This document shows positions 62,713 through 64,000 of a stretch of DNA of 64,000 nt, one piece after another. The notes beneath the pieces were generated by a model. The model had not been told where the DNA came from. It did not search any database and was given only the letters and a program-made list of their open reading frames with translations. Numbering within the stretch: position 1 is the stretch's first letter; every line of letters starts with the position of its first letter. Origin of the DNA: Octopus sinensis (lineage: Eukaryota); the NCBI RefSeq assembly GCF_006345805.1, contig NC_043004.1, forward strand, positions 103,106,001 through 103,170,000. Direction: 5' to 3'. The position numbers were made by a program, and so were the translations under genes.

Positions 62713-64000
62713 AATTTAAATTTCCTTTTGCATGTTTCATTGTGGAGGTCTAATGGGCCAGAAGAAACATGTCTATTCCTCTTATAGGTTGACTTCAAAG
62801 GCCAAATCCGTCACAGTCTGTTCTGCTCCAATCGTTCCAAAACGTCGAGCAATTCAGTTTATTGGAATCATCTCCGTCATTTGCTTTTAAATCTTAAACA
62901 CCCCCTAGAACAAGTGCTTTTTTTATTAGTCTTAGTCTTGGGTTTGTCACGACGAGTCTATAGCGCCCTTGAGACGAGAATTTATTACGGTTTCCATGGC
63001 ATATAAACGACTGATAGTACAATACTCTGCTCACACCCGAAGGAGATGTCAATCCAACGTTGAGCTAAGCCTCATCCGTTGCTGCTTCCCGTTTTCAACC
63101 GATTGGCTTGGAATACCGGGAAAAGAAGTGCTTTTCTTTAGAATACAACGTGCCACCTGGTCTGGGAACAGAAACCACGACCTTATGATAGTAAGTCCAA
63201 CACCCTAGTCCCTAGGCCACTTGCCTTCAAATATGTGTCTGATAACTGCTTGTATAATCTTAGAGGATCGAAGATATCCTTTCGAATTTGCGTTTATTAT
63301 GCAGAACGCTCCGTTCAATGTAGTTGTGCTGAGTATGTATATCAACACTATAGCTAAGGGAAAAAAACTCGGGTATGTTCCTTTAGGTGTGAGTGTCTTG
63401 TAGCAATCTCCTGCTCTTGATTTCCAAACACGTCGAAGTGGGATGTGATATAGCGGTCGCAAGTCCAAGAACGGCTGTACTTCATATCAGTGTTAGTGTC
63501 ATCTTCAAGTCTTCCGAAAACATATCCATGCATCATTTTTTTTTCTCTTTTGGTGTTAGAGCCGGAGTGTACTGAACCTTTCACGTCCAGGTTTTCCTTC
63601 AGCTATATTAATCTCGCTAATTGTAGGTTGTGTGAGAGGCCGTCAGCAAAAGAGTATTTCCTTGGTATCTCACTGCCAACTCGTGGGCTGTCGTTTTCTT
63701 CGCTTTTTAGCACTTGGATTGACATATATAATTTTGCTGCTGCTGTTTAGAAGGCGCTGTCTGAAGAATACTATTCGACATTAGAAAGTTGTCTGAACTG
63801 ATCTCAAGCGTCTACTTCCTTCGTCTCTTCTTAGGCAGAGCCGGTCGATATCACTGATTGAATAAACGTTTCCAGCTCACGTCAGGATCTTGCGGATTTT
63901 AATGTCCACGGAGTGGATTTCCTTCACAGACTAGCCAAGTATCCTAAACATTGATATGTCTGCCAGTCTGTCTGTCTGTTTGTCTGTATATATGTGCGTA

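Noticed and set aside
62750-63950. Very old LINE RT remnant
   Set aside because: Resemblances such as VDFKG and MYINTI are too short to call by eye.

Overview
Repeat-saturated, AT-rich animal genomic DNA, most consistent with an octopod cephalopod (inferred from the very long, divergent 18S and the tRNA-derived SINE families). No intact protein-coding gene is supported. The flanks are a patchwork of SINEs (four families plus chimeras), microsatellites, two Tx1-like LINE relics, a rearranged Gypsy relic, RTE fragments, a MITE with telomeric repeats, a non-autonomous Helitron and several minimal hammerhead ribozyme motifs. The dominant feature is a ~14.9 kb GC-rich rDNA block (33036-47962): 28S 3' part, intergenic spacer, 5' ETS, a 2.6 kb 18S, ITS and 28S 5' part. 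It is inserted inside a decayed DD37D (maT) mariner transposase whose reading frame resumes across the block, with CTAA at both junctions. The spacer holds scrambled fossil pieces of 28S domain IV that lack the R2/I-PpoI target site, a 141-bp satellite apparently derived from them, and seven promoter-like repeats in a higher-order array. A recognisable 5.8S gene is missing except for its putative 3' end. Most boundaries are approximate and all alignments were done by eye.
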